The notes: a model not told the origin generated them from the letters alone. A stretch of 64,000 bases of DNA from Thalia democratica (GCA_965202585.1 OZ241828.1:53134001-53198000); one strand, 5' to 3'; counted from the first letter of the stretch, positions 29,467-44,700 are shown. Numbers and translations are program-made.

Positions 29467-32400
29467 AGAATACTTTGTAATAAAAATTCAATTTATTTAC
29501 GATTTCACAAAAGTTTTAAATATTATAGAAAAGACGTAACTTAAAAAACGTTTTATTTAGTTCGTATTAACAAATAAAGATTTAAGCTTGTTTTCCACAG
29601 TTAAGAAAAATTTATACATAAATATTAGATACTAAAAATATTTAAGTTATTATACTTTTAATATTTTTGTTTTATTTAAAAATAAGTCGCTTATAACTGA
29701 AGCTTTTATCTTGATTCTAAATACGTAATAAATTAAAGAACTAAAAAACCTCAAAATACTGAAATTTTATTATTAATGTATATAATATAAAAATAATTAG
29801 GTAAAAAATTATTAAAAACTATTTAAATTTAGTTGGTTTTTTATAAAAATAAACGTACTGTACTATTTAGTTGGTTATCTTATTAGTTAATTATCTAAAT
29901 TGTAAAAGTTTTTAGCTTATATTTATACAAAAAAAAACTAATATAAATCGATATTTAAGTTTTTCTTTTTAATTTTAAACGTCATACAAATTCTAAAAAT
30001 ATAGGTCAAAAATACTTAGTAGTAGTGCCACAATTATAAGATTTTTATTTTGTTAAGATTGTTTTAAATAACTTAGTAAAAAGTTTATTTTTAACAACTA
30101 ATATTGTTAAACACTATATTGTTTAACTATTTTTAAAGTATTTAAATTCCTTTTTTTTTTTTGCAAAGTACTAAATTTTTTAAAAAGTAACGCATATTTC
30201 TTTGTATTAAATTAATAACACAGTTTACGGAGTTTCAAAAAAAAAAGGAGTACAGTAATTTTCTCTTGGGAGTCAAAAAACGTTTTGTTCAAAATGCAAC
30301 TTTTATCTCATACTGCTTAAGTACACAATCCCTATTAAGTACGCACTTTTTGGACTGTGTTTTGTTAGCCTACTCAAGAGGAAGGTTACTAAATTATACA
30401 ATAAAGTTAACAGTTCGTAATTATTTTTTATAATCCTTTACGTTGTTGTATTAATCTCTGAATATATTTCATTTGAGTTAAAATTTTATTAACCGATTGT
30501 ATATGGTAAGTTGGTTTCTTGTTTAGTAAATTGAAACTTTTAAGTTTAGACAAATCTATTCTATTCAAAAACTTTTAAGTGTAGAAGTTACAATTTTTGT
30601 CTATAAACATTTATGCAGTAATTATATCAAACAAGCTTTATTTTATACGCATTTGGTTATATCGTAAAGAAATTTAACAAACTACATTTTATAAATGTTG
30701 AAAGACTCATTTTAGTATATTTTCCAAGTAAATTGAAACATATATTATTTTCTTTAATTGTAAACAGAAGTCAATTATAAAAACTCATAAAAGTTGATAT
30801 TTTGTTAAAGACCAGTTTAATTACAAAAATATACTTTACAGTTAAGAAAAATAAAAAAATGTAGAAAAAAAAAACTCTTTTTTAAAATCATTAAAAGGTT
30901 AAACTATTTTCTAAAATTGTTGATAAATTTCAAAGTTAAAAACATTTCAGATTGAAACTTTACCTTTTAACGTAGAGTTCAATATATAATTTGTGTGTAT
31001 AAAGTCAGATGCTGTTATATAAAAATTATTTTTATTTTTTTGGAACTTTTTTAAGAAAAATGTTTAATGTTGTAAAGTTTAATAGTCTCATTTTTCATAG
31101 AGTTTAAATTTTGACTGTAAATTTTTTTCTTTTAGCTCATTATAATTTTGGTTAAGTTGGGTATGCATTTAGATGACCGAGAGGTCTTTTTGCGTATACC
31201 AGGTCCTTGAACCAAAGAACTTTTAGCAATTTCTCGTTATTGTTCAATAAAGCACTTATAAAATACTTCTTAATTTTGAAGCAATTACTGTTCATTGTGA
31301 AGGTTTTGCAATTATAAGTTTTTAGTTAAAATTAACACTCGCAATTGAATATTTTTAGGATCTTTAAAAAAATATTTAAGAGTTCTTTGTTTATAAAAAC
31401 TTATTTGCTTAATTTTCTTTTTATGAAAACACAATTAGTTTAAATACAACAGCCATATATTTTAAATTGTTATACTAAGAATTTTTATATAAATAAGTCT
31501 CTTTTTAGCTTAGTAAACTTTAGTCTAATGTTAATATGGAGTTATTAAAATAACTTTAAATCGGTAGTAATCTTAATCTTTAGATTGTGAAGAACGCTAG
31601 ATCAATTAGGTATAGAACTACTACAGTAAAAATTTTGAAATGTAACAGTTTCGTTTAACCAAAATTTAGTAAAGGGTACAACTTTGTTAAAAATTGAGCA
31701 AATATATATTTTAAAAACTGTAAAGACTAAAAAAAATCCTATCTATTCAACTTAATTTATGAGCTAAATACATAAATTAATTAGTAGATTTAGATATTGA
31801 TTAAGTTTCCATTTTCTACTTGCTTAGTTTGAGCAATTAGAAAGTTAGGTTAAGTATAAGGACTACCAGAGAAAAAAAAACAGTAAAAAACATACTTAAC
31901 AGTAAAAGTTTAAATTTACATGAAAAAATTATACCTCTAAAAACTATTAAAATCATTGTATCGATCAAGTATAGAATAAGTTAATAAAACCATAAATTTA
32001 AAATCATAATCAAACATATATGTATAAAATCTATGTGCTACGCTGTTAATAAATAATTTAATTCAATTCTGTATTTAAACTAGCAAATCATTTTTCTAAC
32101 CACCTAAGTAGAATCGTAACTATAATTTAATCTTAATTTTTTATTATAAACGTATAGTTAAATACAGTACTAAATACCATTTTATAATAATTTTAAACGT
32201 CCAGATAAATTTTTGGTTTATTAATAATTAAATAATTTAAGGTAAATAATTCTAGCTAGAAATAGCTTTATTGCTAATATTTAATTTTATTTTATACAAA
32301 AAGTTTATAAAATCTTATATATTGTAAAATATACTTGCCTGTTAAATATTTAAAATCAATTAATTTAGTTTATAACAGTAACAGTATTTCTTATTAGTTC

Positions 32401-32717
32401 AGTATCTGTGTTAAAAATAGAGAGAAAATAAGTTGTCGAATAAAAATAAATAAGTGAGCTAATTAGTTGTGAAACTAAACAAATCTCATTTAAAACATTT
32501 ATCAGTTGAATAAACAGAACAAAATAAATTTATTGTTTAAAATTAACCTAAAATATTGTAGCTACTACAGACAACTTAGTTTAAACAATACTCAACTAAT
32601 TTAGCAGCAAAACTACTATATTGAAAAGAAAGCACCTAATTATAATTGGTAAAAGTTCAACTGCAATTTGTTGAAATTTCACCTTTTGTATTTTTACAAC
32701 TTTTCAAAAATAATTCT

Positions 32718-35700
32718 CTAATACAGATCGTCGTCATCTGAATAAACTTTGTTTTCAAGCACATCTTCTCTGACCTCGGCTGATAAAAAATTAAAATTAA
32801 TTAAAAAATAAGTTGTACTCTTGTGTCTAGTGTAAATAACAGTTCATTTAATTTTAGTGTTATAGTCGTTTCTACAATCAATAAGAAGCAGTTTTTTAGT
32901 ATTTTTCGAGTATAAAACTCATTCTGTACAGTGAACTATATAAGTATTACAATAAAATAAAGAATTAAAATATAGTTGAAACTATTTCAATGTCTAGATT
33001 TACCATAAATATAAAATAAGTCTTAATAAAATCTTAATTAAAAAGTTAATTTATTTAACTAACACATGTTACTGTATGTTAAGAGGAGTACTGTGTAAAT
33101 TTGTTATTATTATATAACCCAATTATCTTAATTAGCTAAGATCTCTATTAGAAAACGATTAACTTTGAACTTTGAATAGTAAATGTTATTCCTTAATTTT
33201 TGCTACTAAAATATTTAATATTTTTAAGAAACAATATTTTAAATCTTATAAATATATGAATTTATGTTTATTATTGTGGATTAAAACAATATATTATTTT
33301 TCGCTGATTAAGAAAAATTCAGACACAGAAATATACTTATTTTTATGCCTTGCAACAAATGTAGAATCACTAACTTTTAGCTGGAACTGTTTTCTTAGAT
33401 TTTACAATCACATCACGTAAGTTGCATTTTTCCTTTATATTTGCCTTGTTACAAATTACTGATCCAATTATTGACGACCTTAAAAACACATCTATAGTAA
33501 AAATATCACTCATTATACTAGTGCAAAAAATAATTTTTCTTTTAAGTCTTACAGAATATAAGTATGTACATAGTTATACAAGTAAAAACAAATTTGAAAA
33601 TTACAGTTAAATAAAACTAACGACGTTTTTCTACGTCAACTTATTTCTTAATCTGAGCAAGTAGTTTCTGTTTATTTATCAAGTTTTCACTAATATTCTG
33701 AGTGAAGCACAAGTTCAGTTAAAAATACATTTTGAATTTATGTTTGGTAATAGGAATATTATACGAACTTAAAAATTAAAACAACAAATTACATCTGCAA
33801 TTGGAATTATGTCATCTGGTGGGAGGTCGTTAAAAAGTCTATATGGTAAAATAAAATTTAGATGACACCCAATTCAAAAAGCCAATTCTTACAAAAAAAA
33901 GTCTTAACAAAAGTTTTTTAAGAATAAAATAAAAATTTGAAAATATATCCCATGTTTGATAATAAGTATTCAATGTTTTTCGACTTTAGACCCAAAAACC
34001 TCAAAAAAAAAATCAAAACTTTAAAAAGGTACACTTTATGTATACATAAAAACTTTTGTTTAAGCTAATTCTAGGAAAATTAAAGCAAGGTTCTTACAAT
34101 GTGAATTTAGAGTTACAGATGTCGAAGTTTCATTTTTTTATTGAAAAGTGGTCGAAAATACCATTTAGATTCGCTTTTACAATTATCTTAATAAATTATG
34201 AAAAACCAATAATATTTTATAACAATACTTTAAATTTCACAACTACTAAGCAGGAAACATTCTACAGTAATCTAAATATACACATGGTTGCCACAGATCA
34301 AGCTGAGAAAAATTTCCTGAATTTTTACTAAAATTTTCCTGACTTTTCTAAATCAAACTCTTAATTTAAACTTATTCTAAAATACATAATCTAATACTTA
34401 AAACTATATAAAGCTTTCAATCTAGTTTTATTACAAGTTAAAACAACAGTTTTTTTTTTGCTTTCAATCATCAAACTTCCATTACATCACTTGAACCATC
34501 TGTGTATTATTGATGTACTTGCATTAAACAGCTCTATCAGCAAAATACTCACAAAATCTATCAGCAATATACCTTACAAACACAGCTTGTCTAAAAAATT
34601 ACACAATATTTTAGCATTTCCTAGCATAAATGTAACTACATAAATCGAAAGACATATAAGAAAATTTTTCATTGGAAACCTTAAATTAATAACGAGCTTT
34701 ACAACTAAAATCTTAAAACAATAATGAAATTTTACAATTAAAACCTTAAAACAATAAAGAACTTAATCAAACGCTATTATTTTTATTATATTTACTAAAA
34801 TTTATTTTTTCCGTTTCTTTATTAGCAATTCAATTTATTCATCTAATGAAGATATGGTTTCCTTCATCTGGTCCCCTCTCTCTTATAACTTTTTTTAAAT
34901 ATTTAAACAACTTAAAAAAAAACTTTATAGAGGTAAAGTATACACATCAACTTGTTACATAAAATACTAAACTAACTGCTTAGTTATAAAGAACCCAATT
35001 ACTAACTGAAACAAAAAACACTTTGATTCCAAAATTATGCTAAATAAACTTATGTGCATATATCAGTTTCACTATGGAAGTGTCCTTGCAACAGATCATC
35101 AATACTAAAAAATTTATAAAAACTGCTTGTTCAATTAGGGTAGTTGTTCAATTTGTTAATAGAAAAGAGTTGCAGTTTTATAAAGGATATCTTATTAATT
35201 TATAACAGATGAAGGCATTGGAAATTAAAAAATTCAGTAAATTTCTAGAAAAATTTTGCAATTTTTGTCTGACTTTAAAGGATTTTTAATTAAATTTTTA
35301 CCATTTGAAAGCTTTGGAATTTAGGAATTTTGTAAATTTAAATAGACAAAATCTGAATTTTATAAAACTTTGTCAAATTTCCTGACTTTTTTTCAAAAAC
35401 CCCCATTTCTTCCTGACTTTTGTCATTTTTTTTTAGTTTTTCCTGACCGTGTTGCAACCCTGTGTACAAGCTACTACAATACAAAACGTATGTTAAATCT
35501 GCCTCAAAAATAGAACACAAAGATAGGAAAAAGCATGTAGGATTTTTTTTAGAAAGCTACTATTTAAAGACTGAAAAATTTAGATTTTGCAGGGAGTTTT
35601 CATTTATTTTGCAGATTTTTAAACATCAAATTTTCAGGCTACTTGAAAATTTAACTATTTAAAAGATATATAAATCCTCGTTGTTCAGAATTTCAAATTT

Positions 35701-38700
35701 ATTATTTCAAGTTAATTAGGGACCATTGCTCGTTGTTATATAAATATAAATAACTTTTGTGTAAAACAACATAAACGCCTAAGACTTTAAAACATTGAAA
35801 ATATTACATTTAAACGATAAATTTTGAGCAACATTCTCATTTTTTTTACTAATTATTGTTCAAGACCTTACTGAGTTTTTTGTTGTTGTTTTATGAATAA
35901 GTCATAACTATATTGAGTAAAACGGTGTTAAAAAGCTTAAGATTTTAAAATATTAAGTATATTACTTTTGAAAAATCAATTTTGCGAAATTTTTAAACAT
36001 CTTTTACTTATAACTGTTAAAAAACTTTTTAATATTTATCTTTCAACACAAAATATAACAAACCCGTCTTCAATAGTGACGTCATCAAGGAGTATGGAGT
36101 TGCTTATTGTGACGTTGTTGCCAATTTTGCAGCACTTTCCGATGACACTTCTTTTCACTTTGGACTTGTTGCCGACCGAAGTTCCTTCTGACACCAAACA
36201 CTCGGCTGAAACCTGTTTGAAAATAGAATTTTCTCACAATCTATTTTTCTAAACTTGAATTTCTAATTTTTTTTAATTGTAATTTTTCATTAGACTGAAA
36301 ATATTTCATAAAAAATGTTGGACGCAATATTTATGTTGCATGAAATCTAATTGAAAACAATAAGTCATGAGAACAAATGATAATATCAAGTTAAGCCGTA
36401 AATCCGAGGTCAAAAACAAATATAAGTTTTTAATGTTCATGATAACAAAATTTTAAACAGTGAACGTTATCAAATAATAAATTACAAAACTATCATTCTT
36501 AACAAAAGTGGTGCTTTGTCATCAATCACTGTTCTCAATTTAAAATTTACTAAATTTTAATCAAAAATCAACAATAACTAACCATGCTTTTCTCGCCGAC
36601 TTTCACTGAAGAGTGGCATTTGTCTCCTTCGCTTTTTTCGTTCAAACCGAAATTCTTCACCAAGAAGCTGTCCTGCCTGAACATCTGTTTGTATTTTTAT
36701 ATCTTTAACAAACAAAAAATATGAAAATAAAAAGTTATAAAAAATTGCAATTTAAAATTAAAACAACACCTTATATTGATACTTGAGTCATAATGTTTTA
36801 TAATATAAAAAATAGAACTAAAGTTATTAAAAAAAACTTTCCGTTATATAAAAAACTGTTTTTTTCAGAAAACATCAAAAAAAATATATCCACAGTTAAC
36901 TAAATAATTTTATAATGTCTAACTAAAAATTACAAGCAGTCCTCAACGGTTAAATGACAATTCAAATTCTCAAATAAGTTTTTTCAAGAAACTATATTTC
37001 TAAAGATGATATATATTTGAAAAAATAAAAAAAAAACGTATGAAGGTTTTCTTACTATTATCTAAAAGCCGTTTTATACTTTTTTGTAGAATTTTAAATA
37101 ATTTTTCATATATTTCGAAACTTATTTTCGCTATACCTCAAAAAACAACTTAAAACTTTTCAAAAAAAAATGGCTTGTAGATATTAATAAGACTTAACTA
37201 TGCAGGTTTAGTTTCTTTTAAATATACACCATTTTTGAGTTGTGGCCCTTTAAATGTTTTTTAAAGAATTTAAATTGTCCGAAATTGAATGCACCCGTCC
37301 TCCACTTTAAACATCAGATATTTTTCGAAGGTTTTACATGGTTGCCACACTTAATTGGAAACATTTTCCGGATAATTTTACAAGTAAAGTCACATCTCGC
37401 AAATCTACGCACTCGTTTGGTAACGCCTCAAAAATACAAAAAAAAAAAGAAACAATTTCAATATTGTAAAATTATTGTATGTACTTAGTTGAGAAGTTAT
37501 TTAACTTTTTATATATTTTAAGAAAATTAAAAGTAAACATTTTGAGAAATATAAGAGTAGATAGATTTTTAGTTAACTTTTTATTATTATTAGTTTATGC
37601 CTTCTATAGGGAACCTGTTAAACTATATGGCTTTGCTCTTTATATTTTAAGTGTCTCAGCCTTCTCTATACCTTTAAACTAAACAAAGTACAATTAAAAA
37701 AATATTTATTGCAAAAAGTTTAATTTTAACTAAAAATCTCCTATTTCTTGAAATATTTTTCTTTAATACCATGCAAGACAAGTTTAATGTTTGGTAGGCA
37801 AGGAACAAAGAAAAAAAAAATAACACTTTGTTTACATATAAACAAACTTTTCACATATAAAACTGTTTTTGTACATAAAAAAAATGAGGAAGTCCCCAAA
37901 ATTTAGTTAAACAAATACATTATAAAAAAACAGCCAACACAGTAGGTATATTTGCTACCTCTCGTTTAGTTACGCACTTTTGCTGTAAACACTATGTGCG
38001 TAGGTTCGCGAGAAGTAACTGTAAACTAAATTTTTTGAAAAACTGACAATTCATCATTTATACAGGGTTGCCAAAGGTTTTTGTAAATTTCCTTCAGGTT
38101 TTCTGAATTTCTTCCAGGTTATTAAAAAATAAGTCTTTTGATCTAAGTTTAGCATAAAATTAACTTAAAGTTAAAAAAAATGTCTTCAAAAGTATAAAAA
38201 CATTAAAATGATACTGTAAAACTACTTAAAATGTAATTTATATAAAAAAAAATTCAAAAAATCTTAATTATCATAAAATATTTTTCGTAACTAGTTAAAA
38301 TTTCTGTACTATAGATGTAAAAATAGTTTAAAATTTCAGGTTTTCTGGTGATAATTGTTCGAAATTCCAGGTTTTAATCAAAATTTTACACATTACAGTT
38401 TTTTTTACCAAAATTGTCAAATTCTAGGTTTTTCGGCAACCTTATTTTAGCGTAGGTGCAAATGTTGTCAAAAAACCATTTTTTATTGCAAATTAAGGAA
38501 AAACTCTTTTTACAGAACCTATGTTTTAAGGTCATAGAGAGATAAATCACTTTTTAACTTTTGATCTTATTTTTTAGCTTTTTAACTTAGTAACAAGTTT
38601 TTTTTTACAGATTTTTAATATTCAAAACAGTTTTTAAGATATAGCCGCTTAAAGTTGGAGAATACAGTAGGTCCTTTATTGGAGGCGTAAACTAAAAAGG

Positions 38701-41700
38701 CGTAGAAAAACAACTTCTCTAAAAATATATCTCCTTCTACGTTTTTGAGATAAATGCCTCAAGTTTTAATGTTATTTGCAATATTTAGCAAAACATTTTG
38801 AATCAAATTTTTAAAAGGGTTAAAAAAAGGAGTAATAAAAAAAATTGTTTTAGTTTTTTTTTAATCTGTAAAAAGCAACTTTTAGCTTAGTTTAAACTGT
38901 CCAAAGTAAGATTATGTAGTGAAAATACAGGATTTAAGCCCTCTATGCTCTTAAGTTTGTTTACCTCTGAACATTTAAATAGAGAATTTAAATGCTAATT
39001 AATAAATTTAAATATAACATCATTGTGAAGTTTTGATATTAAAGTTTAGCTTAGGACTATAAAAAATTGGAATTTAAAGCATTCTTTGAACAGACTTAGG
39101 AAATTCTAAAGACTTAAGAATTTTAAACCTGTATGCATTATACCTATATTTGTTATCTAATTAATTTTTTTGATTTAACATACCCAAAACATTTCATTGG
39201 ATACAACACATGCACTTAAACTAAATACAGTAAATATTAAACAAATAACCAGTCTGCTGGTTTGCATAAAATATGCTTAAATTAAACTTATAAACTATAC
39301 TTAATAAGTTACCAAAAATGTATTAAGAATGATTAAATACCTTTAAACTAATTTGAGTAAAACTATTACGATACTTGTTTATATTATCAAAAAACAAACT
39401 AACCAGTCTGTTTACTTGGACGAAGGAAGCTTAAAGTAAGATAATAAACTAAATTGAAAAAGATATCTAACTAAAAACTTAAAGCTATTAAAGAAATTTA
39501 TCTATACTACCAAGCTGCCAACTGACCAGTCTGTTAGCTTGCACGAACGACGCCAGCGTGTTGACGCAGATCGTCTGCTCCTCGTCACAATCCTCGCCCT
39601 CGTCACCCGACGCCACGTAAGCGTGCAGCTTCAACACGTCATCGCGACACGCCTCGCTGATCTGCGCCACGTTGTACTCGTCACGCTCCGACGCGTTCGC
39701 TTTGACCCAGTTTATCAGCGCTGCGTGATTGGTTGGTTTTGTTTGAATTCGAATATGTTACAGGAGTCGATAATTGCCAGGAAAAAGTAAAAGTTTAATA
39801 GTCAAACATTGTAAATCCTATTCAGCAATTTCCCATTAAAAAAGTTTGGCATCTATTTTTCAAAGACAATAAAGTAATCAAACTGGATAGAAGTATCTTA
39901 CTGTTTTTGTAACAAAAGCAAATGCTCGAAAATACTTAAGTTAAATTTCATCTATAAATCAACTTGCTTTGTTGATCAGCTTATTATATTTTAACCAAAT
40001 TTACAAATTATAAATTAATTTTATCAATTGAAAAGAGTACAAAAGTTTTACCGAAAAGCTTTGTATAAAACGGAAATAAAATGAATATATTGATATTTTT
40101 ATTGTAAATTGTTTTTAAAAACTTATAAAAGCCTTCCTGCAGTTATGTAAAAAATTCAAGTTTTTTGCTAAATCAAAGTTTGAAAAAATAAAACTTTAAC
40201 TATTTTAAACATAAATTTGAGCCATGATTCATTCAAAAATATTTTTGTTAAGCGGACAAATAAAATTGATTTTAGCTAACATTTATTAATTACTTTTGTT
40301 AGCAACTAATTCTAAATGAAATTTGGAGTAAGTAAACAGTTAGAGGTTTCATCAGAAAATATTCAATTAATACCAATTAGCATAATAAGTAAAATTTGTT
40401 AGGGATAAATTAACAGTTTATACTTACATAATTATGAATTAATTAATTAGTAATTAAATAAGTTAAGCAAACGTATATATATAAAATAAAAAAAACAAGA
40501 AATATAATAGAATAAGCGAAAAACAACAATCATAACAACTTAAAAAAATTATATTTATAAACGTACTGTTGCTTGCATAAATTAGGTTTAAACGTTTTTA
40601 TAAATAAAGATAAAGTGTATACCGGCAGAACGTCCCATAGATTTATATTATAAGAGACCAACATATTTAAAAATCCCTTAGAAGTTGAATGGACATGGGT
40701 TTGAAAAAACCATTTAACAGGTCATTGGCGATTGCCGAACACTTATTAAACTATTATGATTAAACCAAGAATTATAGTGATAGTCATTTTTTAATTATAA
40801 GTGAAGCACGTAATGATTATCATCAAAGTGTCTTAGAGTCTTTATTTATAAAACGTTTAAACCTAATTTATGCAAGCAACAGTACGATTATAAATATAAT
40901 TCTTTTAAGTTGTTATGATTGTTGTTTTTCGCTTATTTTATTATACTTATTGTTTGTTGTATTTTTATATTTATACGTTTGCTTATCTTAGTTAAATTAC
41001 TATTTAATTTATTTATAATTATTGTAGGATAATTAGACTATAGCTCATTTTAGTGTTTATGTTTATACTTGTTTTCTTTTCAGATTTTACATTGTTAATA
41101 AATTATTAAACTAAATTGACAAGGAGTTATTCTTCATGTAAAATCTTATCAACAATCTGAGAAAAGTAAAATGGTTATAGTAAAGTGCTTAATTCGTGGA
41201 TGCGAGTTCCAGACGCCAGATCTATCCGGTGATGTTGTGAGTAGCCTTCTCAACCTCCACAAAGTGGAGCGTCAGCAAAACTCTGAGTTATCCAATAATG
41301 GAGTAATGCCAAATGCACCTCTATTGATTCGACCAAGGGTTGACCGGGGGACCAGCCAAGAGACATGGCTTGCTTTCATTCGGAGGTGGGAGGTATTCAA
41401 GATTGGTTCGAATATAAGCAACCAAAACGCAAGCATACAGCTTTTTCAGTGTGCGCAGGACAAGCTTGGAGATCTTATGTTAGCAAGTGATCCTCGACTG
41501 ATGACCAAATCAGAAAGTTACGTTTCTAAACTGATGGAGTCGATTTGATATAATTTCCTTTATTGAAAGTAAAGAAATGGGACGCCATGCAACTGAGAAT
41601 TCGCGGACCATATCTGCAGTCTCTTCCTTTCAACGTCAGAAGAAGGGACGTGTCAATATAGGAGATAAGTCTCAACATGTTCCGTGCCAGAACTGTAAAA

Positions 41701-44700
41701 GGCTTTTCTATCCTTTCAACGAAAAAAGTAACCAAAATAAAAAGCCTTTCAGATATTGTTTATCTTGTTGGCGTAGTCAATCAAAAAGGGTTAATGCTGT
41801 TCAAATCCAAGCTGATCGTTCTGATTTTATGCAACAAGATACCCAAATAATGTCACTACACGCAAGTAAAAGAATCATGTTGAATAACACCATATTCAGC
41901 AAGAAGTCCTTGCGTAAAGCCAAGGCAACGACTGATCATCCTCGTGCATCAGTCAAGATTGCTAGACATGGCACAAACAAGTTTGCATGGGTAAGTGCTT
42001 TAGCTGATACTGGAGCACAGTCGAACCTTTGGGGGTGGAAAAACTTTCAGGAGGCTGGTTTTTGTAAGAAGGATTTAATGCCTGTATCCATCACAATTCG
42101 GGCTGCCAATAAAATTCCTATTAACATTCTAGGGGCTTTTAAAGCGACTTTCAGCGGAATGTCTCCAAAGAAGGAGGTTATCAGATGTGATGGAATTGTT
42201 TATGTAAGCGATTCAGTGACCGGATTCTTTCTCTCCTATGAAACCATGGTTGACCTCCTGATTATTAATAAAGATTTTCCCACCATTGGATCTCAACTGC
42301 CTCATCAGCATTCTGAAGTTGCTGTAAGTTCAAATGAAAATGATCCGAACAGACTGGACTCGCATAAAAATGTGACCTGTGATTGCCCGCCAAGGAGTAG
42401 AGTGCCAGACCGACCAAACAAACTTCCGTTTGAGGCAACAAATACAAACGTTAGCAAAATGCGTGATTGGCTCTTACAAAGGTACGCAGCTTCAACGTTT
42501 AATGTATGTCCACATAAATTACTTCAGCAAATGAGTGGGTCTCCACTTGAGATACATTTGGAGAATGATGCTAAACCACGTGCTTGTCATACAACAGCTC
42601 ACGTGCCAATTCATTGGCAGAAACAGGTTGAAGCAGATCTCATTCGAGATGTGAGGTTGGGTGTTTTAGAACGTGTCCCATTTGGTGAACCTGTAAGCTG
42701 GTGTCACCGCATGGTGGTCACCAGGAAACAGGATAGGTCACCTAGGAGGACAGTAGATCTCTCACCACTTAACAAGTATTGCAAGAGGGAGACGTGCGCT
42801 ACAGATACTCCGTTTAAACTAGCGCGCAGAATTCCAAAGGGAACGTTCAAGACTGTAACAGATGCATGGAACGGGTATCATGGAGTTCCACTGAGAGAAA
42901 GTGATAAACACCTCACTACATTTATCACTCCGTTTGGCAGGTTCCGATATACTAGAGCACCTCAAGGCTTTGTATCATCTGGTGATGGTTACAATCGACG
43001 GTTTGCAGCTATTTTATCTGATTTTGAAAGACAGGAGAGGTGTGTTGATGACACCATATTTTTTGATTCAGAATTAGAGTGTCACTGGTGGCGAACAATA
43101 GATTTTCTGTCAAAAGTTGGCAATGCAGGCATCATTCTAAATCCCAAAAAGTTCCAGTTTTGTCAAAAGTCCGTTGATTTTGCTGGATTTAGAATTTCTG
43201 ATGAACGTATAGAACCTTTGCCCAAACACTGGATTCCATTCGCAATTTCCCAACCCCAAAGTCTGCCACAGATATACGCAGCTGGTTTGGTCTGATAAAT
43301 CAAGTCGCAAATTATGCCAAACTTCGTAAAGTCATGGCACCGTTTAGAGATTTTCTCAGTCCAAAATGTAAGTTTATGTGGACAGAAAAATTAAACCAAT
43401 CATTTAATGAATCAAAAGAGATAATCATTGACGCAATAAAGAGCGGTGTTCAAATTTTTGATCTTGGGAAACTGACTTGTCTTAGACCAGACTGGTCAAA
43501 GCAAGGATTGGGCTACTTCCTTATGCAGAAACACTGCAAATGCAATAGCCGGTTACCAGATTGCTGCACCACCGGCTGGAAAGTGACGCTTGCAGGTTCA
43601 AGGTTTCTGAATGGGGCAGAAAAGAATTATGCTGCCATAGAAGGGGAGTCGCTTGCTATTGCTTGGTCATTAGAACAGACAAAGTATTTCACTAAGGGCT
43701 GCAAAGATCTTGTGGTTGTTACGGATCATAAAACACTGGTAAAGATTTTTGGTGATCGCACCTTAAACGAAATTCACAACACGCGCATTTTTAGGCTCAA
43801 ACAACGTACTTTGCCATGGCTTTTTCAAATGCATTACATGCCAGGTAAAACTAATCTAGCGGCAGATGCTGCATCGCGTTATCCAAGCTCGATTAATGAA
43901 GTTAATTCACATGATAATGATTTGACTAACGAATCACTTCTAATTGCTTCATTGAGTAATGAAGTATGCCATTCAATGGCAATCACTTGGGAGGAAATTG
44001 TAGAAGAGACACTAAATGACAAAGTTCTTTCAAGAGTATCCAGGTGTATTGAGGAAGGTCGAAGCTTGAAACATGATGAATCTTTGTCAGCATATTTTAG
44101 ATACGATGATGCATTGTACTTAAGTGATGGGGCTATACTTTACAAGGACAGAGTAGTAATCCCCGTCAGTTTACGATATCGGGTCCTCAACAAGTTACAC
44201 TCGGCGCACCAAGGAGTCACATCAATGCATAGTCGTGCCCAACAGATTGTCTTCTGGCCTGGTATTACACAAGACATTGAAGCAATTCGGGCCAATTGTC
44301 AAAGCTGCAACCGCAATTCACCTTCTCAACCATCATTGCCACAAGAAGCATCTGATCCTCCTACAAACCCTTTTGAAAAAATATTCGCAGATTTTTTCCA
44401 GTTTGCCGGAAACAATTTTTTGGTAGTCGGTGATAGGTTGTCGGGTTGGTCAGAAATATTTTCCACACCCAGCAGAACCTCTCAGGCAGGTTCGCGTGGG
44501 TTGATTAAGTGCCTCCGAGTTTTGTTTTTCAGGTTTGGAGTACCCGAGGAAATATCGAGTGATGGTGGACCGGAATTTACGTCCAGTGCAACAAAGGAAT
44601 TCCTTAAAACCTGGGATGTCACGCATCGAATATCTTCAGCTTACTATCCAAGATCAAACGGCAGAGCGGAAGTAGCCGTCAAACAGGTAAAAAGGTTGCT

